DNA from: Thermoproteus tenax Kra 1
Lineage (GTDB): Archaea > Thermoproteota > Thermoprotei > Thermoproteales > Thermoproteaceae
Length of the DNA stretch: 32,000 nt
NCBI RefSeq assembly: GCF_000253055.1
Contig: NC_016070.1
Span: 480,001-512,000, forward strand
Reading direction: 5' to 3'
Under the pieces are notes generated by a model that was given only the letters and a program-made list of their open reading frames with translations, searched no databases and was not told the origin of the DNA. The position numbers and the translations under genes were made by a program. Of this stretch, positions 15,612-23,512 are shown piece after piece; the first letter of the stretch is position 1; every line of letters starts with the position of its first letter.

Positions 15612-15908
15612 TCACGCCAAAGCGTAGTAGTCATATTTTTCTACCACGGGCCTGCCCCTTTTCAGAGACTCTCTAACGCACATCAGAATCTCCTCGGCGA
15701 TTGGCTCAGGCGGCGGCAGCTTCTTAGAGACTCCCTTGCGTCCCCTTATGACTTGGACTTTGTCCATCTCATCGCCGAGGACTCCCAACGTACATAGGTA
15801 TGTATAGAAGAGTATGTCCTCGACCTTGGCCCCATCTAGGCCTCTGGCCACTTGGGCTGCCAGAGCTCTCGCAAACTCGACTAGGTGATCCGGCAACACG
15901 ACGCCCAT
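15612..15908 (-). CDS. hypothetical protein, 98 aa, no family recognised
   Basis: The ATG is preceded on the minus strand by AT-rich AAATTTAATTTG. The composition is protein-like. No motif recognised. Confidence 0.5.
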   Translation of the reverse strand: MGVVLPDHLVEFARALAAQVARGLDGAKVEDILFYTYLCTLGVLGDEMDKVQVIRGRKGVSKKLPPPEPIAEEILMCVRESLKRGRPVVEKYDYYALA

Positions 15909-16060
15909 TTTTAGACAAATTAAATTTCTTTCTATCCTACAATAAGAATTTTTTACTTAAATAATAGGTCAAAATATAAGTTAATAAACAAAAATAGTCA
16001 ATTAAATATATATAGATAAAATCTAAACTTTATCGCCGTCCTAATTTTTAGAATTAATAG
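15909..16060. other. extremely AT-rich island 1
   Basis: By hand count, roughly 15-20% G+C against about 55-60% around it. It contains AATAGGTC at 15963-15970 and 16056-16063, AATAGTC at 15993-15999, and TATAGATAAAAT, which also occurs in island 3. Confidence 0.6.
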
Positions 16061-16104
16061 GTCGCTCCTTGGGAGCGCTCCATCTCTTCACAGCGCCGGG
16101 CCTC

Positions 16105-16140
16105 TCTCAAACGATACGTCTCCGCCCTAAAGGGCTGAGC
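16105..16140 (-). repeat. copy D (diverged) of the recurring 3'-flank element
   Basis: The minus strand reads GCTCAGCCCTTTAGGGCGGAGACGTATCGTTTGAGA. It shares GCCCT-loop-AGGGCGG and a TCGTTTGAGA tail with copy C. It lies about 36 nt after the stop of the 88-aa gene, in sense orientation. Confidence 0.3.
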
Positions 16141-16175
16141 TTCTACTGAGGCTATGTCGGCCGAGGTGGCTAAGT

Positions 16176-16442
16176 TCACGTCAGCTCATCCGCCTTCAAT
16201 TTTACCAAATGGTGGAGGTCGCCGAACTTCATCCTCAGAATATCAAGGCCTCTCCTCGTAATCAGTATAGTATTCTTCTCTATTTTCACAGCGCCTAAGT
16301 TCTCGGCCGTGTTCAATACATGATACAGTTCATCCAGGGTGAGGTGCCAAGTCCTGGCCAACTCGCCGATGTTCGCTCTGCCCCCATAATTGACAAGTAT
16401 CTTTAGCAAGCCCAGGACGCTATCTGCGTCTACCTCTTCCAC
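16176..16442 (-). CDS. stand-alone winged-helix protein resembling the C-terminal AAA-associated domain of NitT/TauT-type ABC ATPases
   Basis: 88 aa with a GTG start. GLLKILVNYGGRANIGELARTWHLTLDELYHVLNTAENLGAVKIEKNTILITRRG matches my memory of the PF09821-type pattern. Its G+C content is lower than that of its neighbours. Confidence 0.65.
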   Translation of the reverse strand: MEEVDADSVLGLLKILVNYGGRANIGELARTWHLTLDELYHVLNTAENLGAVKIEKNTILITRRGLDILRMKFGDLHHLVKLKADELT

Positions 16443-16639
16443 AATAAAATTGTCTTATTACCTTAAAAGCTTATGTTGGGAAAAATTCCTAACAACTAGG
16501 TTTTAAAAACTTGAAAGATTATTTTTTATAATTATTTAAAAATATTTATTTATTTTGAAAAATTCTAAATTTGAATATTAAAATTGCTCGCTCAAAGAGC
16601 TGAATTAAATCTATATTTATATAGAGGTTACAATGTGGC
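16443..16639. promoter_or_regulatory. AT-rich island 2, a divergent promoter region between the wHTH gene and nuoD
   Basis: About 200 nt, very AT-rich. On the plus strand, TATATTTATATA (16612-16623) lies 23 nt before ATG 16640. On the minus strand, CTTTTAAGGTAATAAG lies about 25 nt before GTG 16442. Repeated TTGAA(A/T) and ATTATTT motifs, and the dyad GGAAAAATTCC. Confidence 0.55.
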
Positions 16640-17854
16640 ATGGGTCTGAAGATGGAACAGTACGGCCTCGTTTTACGAGAACAAGAGGCCGGTCCCGGCG
16701 GAAGGCGGACTCTCGAGCTGCTCTTCGGTCCACAACATCCGACCTCAGGACATATTCGGTTTTTTGTTGAAGTTGACGGCGATATAATAGTGGACATACG
16801 TCCAGACCCCGGGTTCGTACACAGAACTATGGAGAAGTTGGGCGAGACCCGCCACTTCATCATGGGCGTCCCCCTCTTCGAGCGCTTGTCTCTGCCGGAT
16901 GCAATAAACGTCACGTGGGCCTACTCCATGGCCTTGGAGAGAATGTTGGGCTACGACGTCTCCGAACGCGCCGAATATCTTAGGGTTATTTTCGGCGAGA
17001 TGAGCAGGATATCGGTCCATCTGTACGATCTGGCGCTCCACTCCATAATGCTCGGCTCCTCTACCGGCTTCATGTACGGCTTCGGCCTCCGCGATCTCTT
17101 GGTCAATTTGTGGGCTATCGCTACAGGCTCTAGGACCACGCCGACTTGGGTTATACCCGGAGGCGTGAGGAGGGCTCCCCCGAAGGCGTTCTACGAGAGG
17201 CTGCCCGGCTTCCTTGACTTTCTCGAGAGGAAGATCGACGAGCTCTACCGCCTAGTCGTTAGAAACCCTGTGGGTTATGCGAGGATGAAGGACGTCGGAT
17301 ATCTCAGCAAACAGGAGGCTGCCGCATACTCGGCGACAGGTCCCGGCGTGAGGGGATCTGGAGTAGACTGGGACGCTCGGCGCGACCTAGGCTATGGAGT
17401 CTACAGACAGTTGGAGTGGGAGGTCAAAGTGCAGGACGGGGGAGATTCTCTGGCAAGGACCCTCGTGAGAATCGAGGAGGTCAAGGAGAGCGCCAAAATA
17501 ATCCGAGAGGCCCTAAAGAGGCTACCGCCCGATGGGCCCCTCGTGGGCCACGCGGCGGCGCATAAAATCCCGCCCAAGGAGAGGGAGATGCTCAACGAGA
17601 TGGTCAGGATCAGCGGGTATTACGTCACCACTACGACCCTCTCCGAGGGGACCGGCATAACAGAGGGAGGCAGAGGGCGGTACTTCTTCCAGGTCTTCGG
17701 CTCCGGCACTGAGCGGCCGTTCAGAGTAAGGATATCGACTCCCTCTTGGCAGAATCTGCGCGCCTTCATGAAGGCGTGTGTAGGGGCGAGGCTCATGGAT
17801 CTCCCTGCCATCTACGGAAGCTTCGGGTTCTTCCCGCCAGAAGCCGATAGATAA
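16640..17854 (+). CDS. nuoD: NADH:quinone oxidoreductase (complex I) subunit D / 49-kDa homologue
   Basis: 404 aa with GPQHPTSGHIRF, GFVHRTMEKLGE, AYSMALERMLG, and the C-terminal RVRISTPSWQNL...GSFGFFPPEADR. No NiFe-ligand cysteine motifs. Confidence 0.9.
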   Translation: MGLKMEQYGLVLREQEAGPGGRRTLELLFGPQHPTSGHIRFFVEVDGDIIVDIRPDPGFVHRTMEKLGETRHFIMGVPLFERLSLPDAINVTWAYSMALERMLGYDVSERAEYLRVIFGEMSRISVHLYDLALHSIMLGSSTGFMYGFGLRDLLVNLWAIATGSRTTPTWVIPGGVRRAPPKAFYERLPGFLDFLERKIDELYRLVVRNPVGYARMKDVGYLSKQEAAAYSATGPGVRGSGVDWDARRDLGYGVYRQLEWEVKVQDGGDSLARTLVRIEEVKESAKIIREALKRLPPDGPLVGHAAAHKIPPKEREMLNEMVRISGYYVTTTTLSEGTGITEGGRGRYFFQVFGSGTERPFRVRISTPSWQNLRAFMKACVGARLMDLPAIYGSFGFFPPEADR

Positions 17855-17882
17855 ATTTAATAGCAAGTCCGGGCTGACGGCT

Positions 17883-18896
17883 ATGGACATATCCTCCCTG
17901 CTTCTCTCGCCCCGGCTCTGGGACTTTTTGGTGGTCAGCGTTGTGTCCACTTTGATCCTCTTGACAGTGGTCTGGGCCGAGAGGAAGATAGCCGCGCGCG
18001 TACAGATGAGAGTCGGCCCGTTCCATATATCGCCCAAGCTCGGCGGCTATCTCCAGCTGGTGGCAGACGGCATTAGGTTTGTAATGCAGGAGGTCATAAT
18101 ACCGGTCGACGCCAACAAGATACTGTTTGTAACCTTGCCCCCCCTCTTTGTGACGCTGGCTCTGATACCCGACTTATTAGTGCCCCTCTCGCCGTACCTC
18201 GCCGTGCTCTCGCGCCCGGCCCTCCACTACGGCATAGTGATGGCTCTGGCGGTGTTGTTCTATCTGTTCGTGATAGTGGTCGGCCTCGGTTGGGCCGTGA
18301 ACAATAGATTTGCATATATAGGCGCGGCCAGAGAGGCCCTCATAATAACGGCGTACGAAATACCCTTGCTCGATGCGTTCGGAAGTATGTTCTTAACCTA
18401 TAAAACTATTGATCCTATAGAGATTGTGAGTAAACAAACTTATATTGTGGGCGCAATATATAATCCGTTGGCTTTTATAGTTTATATAATAGGCGTTGCC
18501 ATGGCCACAAGCAGGTTCCCCTTCGAGATAGCCGACTATGAGGGCGATGTGGCCACGGGGCCCTACAGCGACTTCTCATCGATATTTCTGGCGCTCACCT
18601 ATGCCGGCGGGATCTATATTGCGTTGTTCTCCTACGCCCTCTTGGGCGCTCTAGTCTTCTTGGGAGGGTGGGCGCCCATAGTGCCCGGGCCTTGGCCAGG
18701 CGACATCTTGGGCAATTTAGCCGCAGCAGGCTGGGTCTTGCTCAAGACCTTGGCGCTTATGATCTTCTTTGTCTTCCTCAGATCCGTCATGCCTGTCGCC
18801 AGGCTTGACCACACTCTATCATTCAGCTGGAAGTGGGTCCTACTAATCGCTCTGGCCGCCACTGCGCTTTCTGCCGCTGAGTACTTCTTGTTGTGA
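17883..18896 (+). CDS. nuoH: complex I subunit H (ND1 homologue)
   Basis: 337-aa polytopic membrane protein. The N-terminal ...ERKIAARVQMRVGP... is the NuoH signature. Confidence 0.9.
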   Translation: MDISSLLLSPRLWDFLVVSVVSTLILLTVVWAERKIAARVQMRVGPFHISPKLGGYLQLVADGIRFVMQEVIIPVDANKILFVTLPPLFVTLALIPDLLVPLSPYLAVLSRPALHYGIVMALAVLFYLFVIVVGLGWAVNNRFAYIGAAREALIITAYEIPLLDAFGSMFLTYKTIDPIEIVSKQTYIVGAIYNPLAFIVYIIGVAMATSRFPFEIADYEGDVATGPYSDFSSIFLALTYAGGIYIALFSYALLGALVFLGGWAPIVPGPWPGDILGNLAAAGWVLLKTLALMIFFVFLRSVMPVARLDHTLSFSWKWVLLIALAATALSAAEYFLL

Positions 18897-19387
18897 ATAT
18901 GCCGGGCCAGAAGATAGGCGAGGCCATCAAGGCCGTCCTCGACGTGATAGGCATTGGGCTTAAGTACACTATCAAGCCCGAAAGATTGACCGTCTACTAC
19001 CCGTACGAAGTGCCTGACTATATGGGCAGAATCAGGGGATGGATAGGCCTTTTGACCGAGAAGTGTACCTCCTGTATGATATGCGCCAGAGTTTGTCCGA
19101 CGAACGCCATAAAGATGTATATGGAGAAGAACGGCAGACGGTACCCGGGCATTGACTACGGCCGTTGCATCATGTGTCACTACTGCATCGATGCATGTCC
19201 CACATTTGCACTCTATCCTACTGATATACGAGACCTCGCATTCTACCGCCACGAGGACATGATGTATACGCCAGATATGATGAGGGAGCCCCCCAAGGTG
19301 CCCAAGCTTGTGGACAAGGTTGTGAAGGTAGTCCACGAATACTCCAAGGGCACAGTGGTCAAGGTGAAGACGGGCGAGGTGAAATAA
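18893..19387 (+). CDS. nuoI: complex I subunit I, 2x[4Fe-4S] ferredoxin-type
   Basis: CTSCMICARVCP and CIMCHYCIDACP motifs. ATGA overlap with nuoH. Confidence 0.9.
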   Translation: MNMPGQKIGEAIKAVLDVIGIGLKYTIKPERLTVYYPYEVPDYMGRIRGWIGLLTEKCTSCMICARVCPTNAIKMYMEKNGRRYPGIDYGRCIMCHYCIDACPTFALYPTDIRDLAFYRHEDMMYTPDMMREPPKVPKLVDKVVKVVHEYSKGTVVKVKTGEVK

Positions 19388-19444
19388 CTTCTTTCAACCA
19401 AAAAACTTAGTCATTATTTATAAAGGCCGTCTCTCTCAGCCAAC

Positions 19445-19873
19445 ATGTTGTTTGAATACGTCCTTCTGGCGGCGGCCCTCATCTTCGGCGTCCTTGCTGT
19501 TTTAGTCAAGGACAATGCTTACGCCGCATTGAGCCTCTCTTTCTCGGCCGCAATAGCGGCAGGCTATTATGCGTTGATGGGCTACGTCGTGGCCTCGTTC
19601 TTGATCTTCATAGTCTATATCGGCTCCGTGATATTGATGGTCGTAACAACTGCGTCTATGTACGGCGGATTTTTTGACTACCCTAGGCGATACAAGATAG
19701 CTGTGGCGTCGCTAGCTGTGGCTGTCGCCCTGCTTCTGTGGCTCTATATACCTCAGAGCCAACCGGTTCGAGTCTCTCAGTATCTTGAGCCCAATTTCGA
19801 TCTACTCGCGTTACTGGCCGCATTGTTGGTCTCATCGCTAGTCGTAGCGCTTGAAACGGCTAAGAGGACATGA
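19445..19873 (+). CDS. nuoJ: complex I subunit J-like membrane protein
   Basis: 142-aa hydrophobic protein, positioned between nuoI and nuoK. An internal TATA-like ATTATTTATAAAGG lies upstream. Confidence 0.75.
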   Translation: MLFEYVLLAAALIFGVLAVLVKDNAYAALSLSFSAAIAAGYYALMGYVVASFLIFIVYIGSVILMVVTTASMYGGFFDYPRRYKIAVASLAVAVALLLWLYIPQSQPVRVSQYLEPNFDLLALLAALLVSSLVVALETAKRT

Positions 19874-20163
19874 TAGCCTCGATTGCTGTCGGGATAGTCC
19901 TAGCGGCTGTTGGTATGTACGGCCTCGCCGCCAGCCGCAACTTGGTGAGGCTGCTCATATCTGTCGAGGTGGTGGTAGTCGGCACCATAATAGCGCTGGC
20001 GCCCGCCTTCCAGGCAGCGCCCTCTGTGGGCCTCTGGGCCTTGGTCCTGCTAATATCTATGGCGGCAGGCGAGGTGGCCATCATAGGCGCTTTGATCTAT
20101 AGAGCATACTATCTAACTAAGACCACAGACCTAGACCAACTGAGGGCAGGGAGGGAGAAATGA
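19870..20163 (+). CDS. nuoK: complex I subunit K (ND4L homologue)
   Basis: 97 aa with 3 TM helices and a conserved membrane Glu (SVEVVVV, AAGEVAI). Confidence 0.85.
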   Translation: MIASIAVGIVLAAVGMYGLAASRNLVRLLISVEVVVVGTIIALAPAFQAAPSVGLWALVLLISMAAGEVAIIGALIYRAYYLTKTTDLDQLRAGREK

Positions 20164-21620
20164 CGGGCCTAGCGCTCTATATCTCAATATTATTGCCGAT
20201 GTTGCTTGCGCTGACCGCCTACGCCGCAGCCAGGCGCTCAACAGCAGCCGCTGCGTACCTCAGCGCCGTGGCGCTGATACCTCTGTTGATGATATCATCG
20301 TTCTCGTTGTTTGGAGGAGGCCATTACCTTGGCTCAGTAGGAGGCGGGCTCTGGTCGATTTTCTCGCTCTACCTTACGCCGTACAACGCCGCGTATGTCT
20401 TCACCGTGTCTGTCGTGGGCATCCTAGTTGCGGTCTTCTCGGCGCCCTACATGGAGCACCGGGCTGAGGAACTGGGCGTCAAAAACACGACGTTCTATCT
20501 AACCTACGGCTTCTTCCTCGGCGGCCTAGCAGGCGCCTTCATGGCTCAGAACCTATTCGGAATATACATCTTCATTGAGGTCGCCCTGATAGCCTCTCTG
20601 TTCCAAGTCTTGTACTACGGCTATGGAGATAGAGTGAGGATAACCGTGATGTATCTGGTGTGGTCCCACGTCGCCGCCTTGCTTATGTTGGCCGGCTTCA
20701 TTGTGTTGTATCTCTACGGCGTCACCTCAGTGCCGCTCACAGCTGCGGCAGCCCGCGCCCTGTCGGCGCCTGTGCTATACACCGCGTTGCTCCTGGTGCT
20801 CCTCGGCTCGTTCATAAAGATGGCGGCCCTCGGCGTCCACATGTGGTTGCCCTACGTCCACGCCGAGGCGCCGACTCCTCTGTCGGCCCTCTTGTCGCCC
20901 GTGTTGGTTGGATTCGGCGGCTACGTCATATCGGTCGTCGCCCTGCCTCTGATGCCGGCCAAGTGGCTCTACGCACTGACGTGGTACGGCATAGCCACGG
21001 CGATATACGGAGGTATGATGGCTTACACACAGAGGGACATAAAGAGGTTGTTTGCCTACTCGACCGTAAGCCAGATGGGCTACATGATCCTGGCCCTCTC
21101 CCTCCACAACATATACGGGCTTACTGCGGCGGCCCTCATCTATCTGAGCCACGGGCTCGGTAAGGCCGTGTTGTTCATGACCGCCGGGTATTTCATAATG
21201 CACTTAGGCACCAGAGACATCGACAGAATGGGCGGCCTCTACGGCTACAACTCGGCCCTCGCCGGGGCCGCCATCATCGGCTTCTTGAACCTCGCCGGCA
21301 TCTTGACCATCGGCATGATATCCGAGATAACTCTGGCCGTGGCCTTGACCAAGGCGTACTTGGGCATAGAATATATAGAGATATATATAGCCTTCGCGGC
21401 GATGCTCGTGGTCACGGGGATCTACGCCTTCTCCACTATAAGGTCTGTGTTCTTCGGTCCCCAGAGGATAGCTGGCGCCGGGCCCTTTGACGGCGCGTTA
21501 GCCGCCATAGTGGCCGCCGCCTTTTTATCCGTCTTGCTCCTCCTGCCGCCAATGTCGTCGAGCATATGGGGCAACATCAGCATATACGTACAAAACCATC
21601 TTCTTGCCGTTAGGCTATGA
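20160..21620 (+). CDS. nuoM: complex I antiporter-like subunit (NuoM/ND4-type)
   Basis: 486 aa with the Mrp-antiporter motif WLPYVHAEAPTPLSALLS. Confidence 0.8.
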   Translation: MTGLALYISILLPMLLALTAYAAARRSTAAAAYLSAVALIPLLMISSFSLFGGGHYLGSVGGGLWSIFSLYLTPYNAAYVFTVSVVGILVAVFSAPYMEHRAEELGVKNTTFYLTYGFFLGGLAGAFMAQNLFGIYIFIEVALIASLFQVLYYGYGDRVRITVMYLVWSHVAALLMLAGFIVLYLYGVTSVPLTAAAARALSAPVLYTALLLVLLGSFIKMAALGVHMWLPYVHAEAPTPLSALLSPVLVGFGGYVISVVALPLMPAKWLYALTWYGIATAIYGGMMAYTQRDIKRLFAYSTVSQMGYMILALSLHNIYGLTAAALIYLSHGLGKAVLFMTAGYFIMHLGTRDIDRMGGLYGYNSALAGAAIIGFLNLAGILTIGMISEITLAVALTKAYLGIEYIEIYIAFAAMLVVTGIYAFSTIRSVFFGPQRIAGAGPFDGALAAIVAAAFLSVLLLLPPMSSSIWGNISIYVQNHLLAVRL

Positions 21621-23512
21621 ACGTCGAGTATATCTCGATAACTATTTTCTCGCCATTGATAGCCTCCATCTTGAGCATCTTTCTGCCGGGCGAGAGAGCC
21701 AAGTCTTGGCTTGTGGTGTTTGGCGCCTTCATCTCTGCTGTCTTCTCGGTGGCTTCCTACAGCCCTGCGCTCGGCGGGCTCTACTCGGAGGTCTACACAG
21801 CGCCTTGGATACCACAGCTGGGCCTCTATATCTCCTACCATCTGGACCAGTTCAGCGGAATTATGGGCATGTTGGTGGCGTGGCTTGTCTTCTTCATCGT
21901 GCTTTACAGCGTGAAGTATATGGAGGGCGACTACAGGCCTGGCTGGTACTGGTTCTTTATGGGCTTCTTCGCCACGTCTATGTTGTTGATAACATACGCA
22001 GACAACCTATGGTTCTTGCTCATGGGATGGGAAGGCGTCGGCTTGGCCTCTTGGGCGCTGATAGGGCACTGGTACAAGGACGATGAGCCGGACGTCAAAT
22101 GGGTGGGCCATCCGGGCGATAGGGTGGCGTTGGTGGACTACTTCTGGCCACCCTCCAAGGCGGGCCTCAGAGCCATTTTGACGATCAGAACGGGCGATTC
22201 AGCGTTTATACTCTCGCTGGCGTACATCCTGGCTGCCGCAGGCACGGTGCAGCTCTCTAAGCTCTACAGTCTCGGGCCGTCCGTCTCGGTCCTAGGCCTC
22301 CTGCCGCTCTTCCTCTTCCTCATGGGACCTCTGACGAAATCGGCCCAGTTCCCGTTCACAGAGTGGTTGCTCACAGCGATGACGGGCCCCACCAGCGTCT
22401 CGGCGCTCATACACGCGGCCACGATGGTGAACGCCGGCGTGTACCTCCTCATAATCACTGCGCCGATCTTCGCGCAAGTGCCTGGCTCCTCTTTATATTT
22501 CCTTGCCGTATTAACGATAGGGGCTCTGACCGCCGTTCTATCCTCTCTTATCGCCCTCGCTGTGGACGAGTTCAAACTGGTGTTGGCTGGATCAACTGCA
22601 ACGAACTTGGGCATAATAGCCGCGGCCGCTGGAGGCGCCGGGCTCGTGGGCTTGAACGACGCAGGCGCCCTGCTGCCTCTGTTGTGGATAGCCTTCATGC
22701 AGATAGTCGGCCACGCCATATCGAAGGCGCCTCTGTTCATGGGCTATGGAGCAGTCATACATGAGGCTAACACTAAGTATTTGGGCGCAGTCGGCAGACT
22801 GTCGAAATATATGCGCGTCACGTCCGTTGCACTGTTCTTGGCCATGCTGTCGTTGGTGGGAACTCCGCCGCTCGCCGGATTTTTCACCAAGGAGATGGCC
22901 GTCGACAATATAGTCGAGGGCTTCAACTCGGTGGGAATTGCGGGCATCGTTGTGGGCGGCCTAATAGCTTTCCTCGCTCCGTTATACGGCTTGAGGCTGA
23001 TAGGCCTCTCCTTAATACACGGACCTGAGCCCAAGGAGCATATACATGAGGCGCACCCGATAATGTGGGTGCCGTACACAGTCCTGGCCCTCTCAACGAT
23101 AGGTGTCGGCGCCTATCTGGCGCTCGAGTACTCCAGCGAGGTTGCGCGATTGATAGCCTCGCCAGGTTTCCTGGCGTTCTTGGCCGGGTTCCTCATAGCG
23201 CTTGTGCTCTACGTATTCAAGCCGGGCGTGAAGTCGAGGGCCCTCGAGCCCCTATGGAGGATCGCCTATAGGAGGTTCTATCTCCCGTGGCTGTACGATG
23301 GGCCCATCGCGTGGATATATCATCATCTAGCCCACGTAGTCTATTGGGCCATAGATAGGGGCGTATTCGACAACTTGTACCACGTCGCTTTGCCGGCAGC
23401 CTTCGGCAGAATGTCCGCCGCATTCAGAAGGTTGCAGACGGGCAGCTTGAGCTGGTATCTCTTGTACGCCATGGTTGGCGTTTTAATACTCGTGTTGTTG
23501 GCGCTGGTATGA
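21617..23512 (+). CDS. nuoL: complex I antiporter-like subunit L (ND5 homologue)
   Basis: 631 aa with FPFTEWLLTAMTGPTSVSALIHAATMVNAGVYLL, typical of NuoL, and a long C-terminal extension. Confidence 0.85.
   Translation: MNVEYISITIFSPLIASILSIFLPGERAKSWLVVFGAFISAVFSVASYSPALGGLYSEVYTAPWIPQLGLYISYHLDQFSGIMGMLVAWLVFFIVLYSVKYMEGDYRPGWYWFFMGFFATSMLLITYADNLWFLLMGWEGVGLASWALIGHWYKDDEPDVKWVGHPGDRVALVDYFWPPSKAGLRAILTIRTGDSAFILSLAYILAAAGTVQLSKLYSLGPSVSVLGLLPLFLFLMGPLTKSAQFPFTEWLLTAMTGPTSVSALIHAATMVNAGVYLLIITAPIFAQVPGSSLYFLAVLTIGALTAVLSSLIALAVDEFKLVLAGSTATNLGIIAAAAGGAGLVGLNDAGALLPLLWIAFMQIVGHAISKAPLFMGYGAVIHEANTKYLGAVGRLSKYMRVTSVALFLAMLSLVGTPPLAGFFTKEMAVDNIVEGFNSVGIAGIVVGGLIAFLAPLYGLRLIGLSLIHGPEPKEHIHEAHPIMWVPYTVLALSTIGVGAYLALEYSSEVARLIASPGFLAFLAGFLIALVLYVFKPGVKSRALEPLWRIAYRRFYLPWLYDGPIAWIYHHLAHVVYWAIDRGVFDNLYHVALPAAFGRMSAAFRRLQTGSLSWYLLYAMVGVLILVLLALV

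Noticed and set aside
15224-15615. ORFs 15224-15481(-) and 15379-15615(-), and the tail of 15127-15375(-).
   Set aside because: They run antisense through the tRNA-Ser gene and the FAH 3' end, with Arg/Pro-rich junk translation.
15909-16639. AT-rich islands as a chromosomal replication origin (DUE flanked by ORB boxes).
   Set aside because: No orc1/cdc6 or whiP-like gene is nearby, and I could not find ORB or mini-ORB-like G-rich dyad repeats flanking the islands. This is kept only as a low-probability alternative inside the finding.
15405-16640. An integrated element with att repeats at tRNA-Ser.
   Set aside because: No integrase or partitioned integrase fragment is recognisable, and no second copy of the tRNA 3' half (GGGTTCAAATCCCACCCCCGGCG) is visible anywhere in the window.
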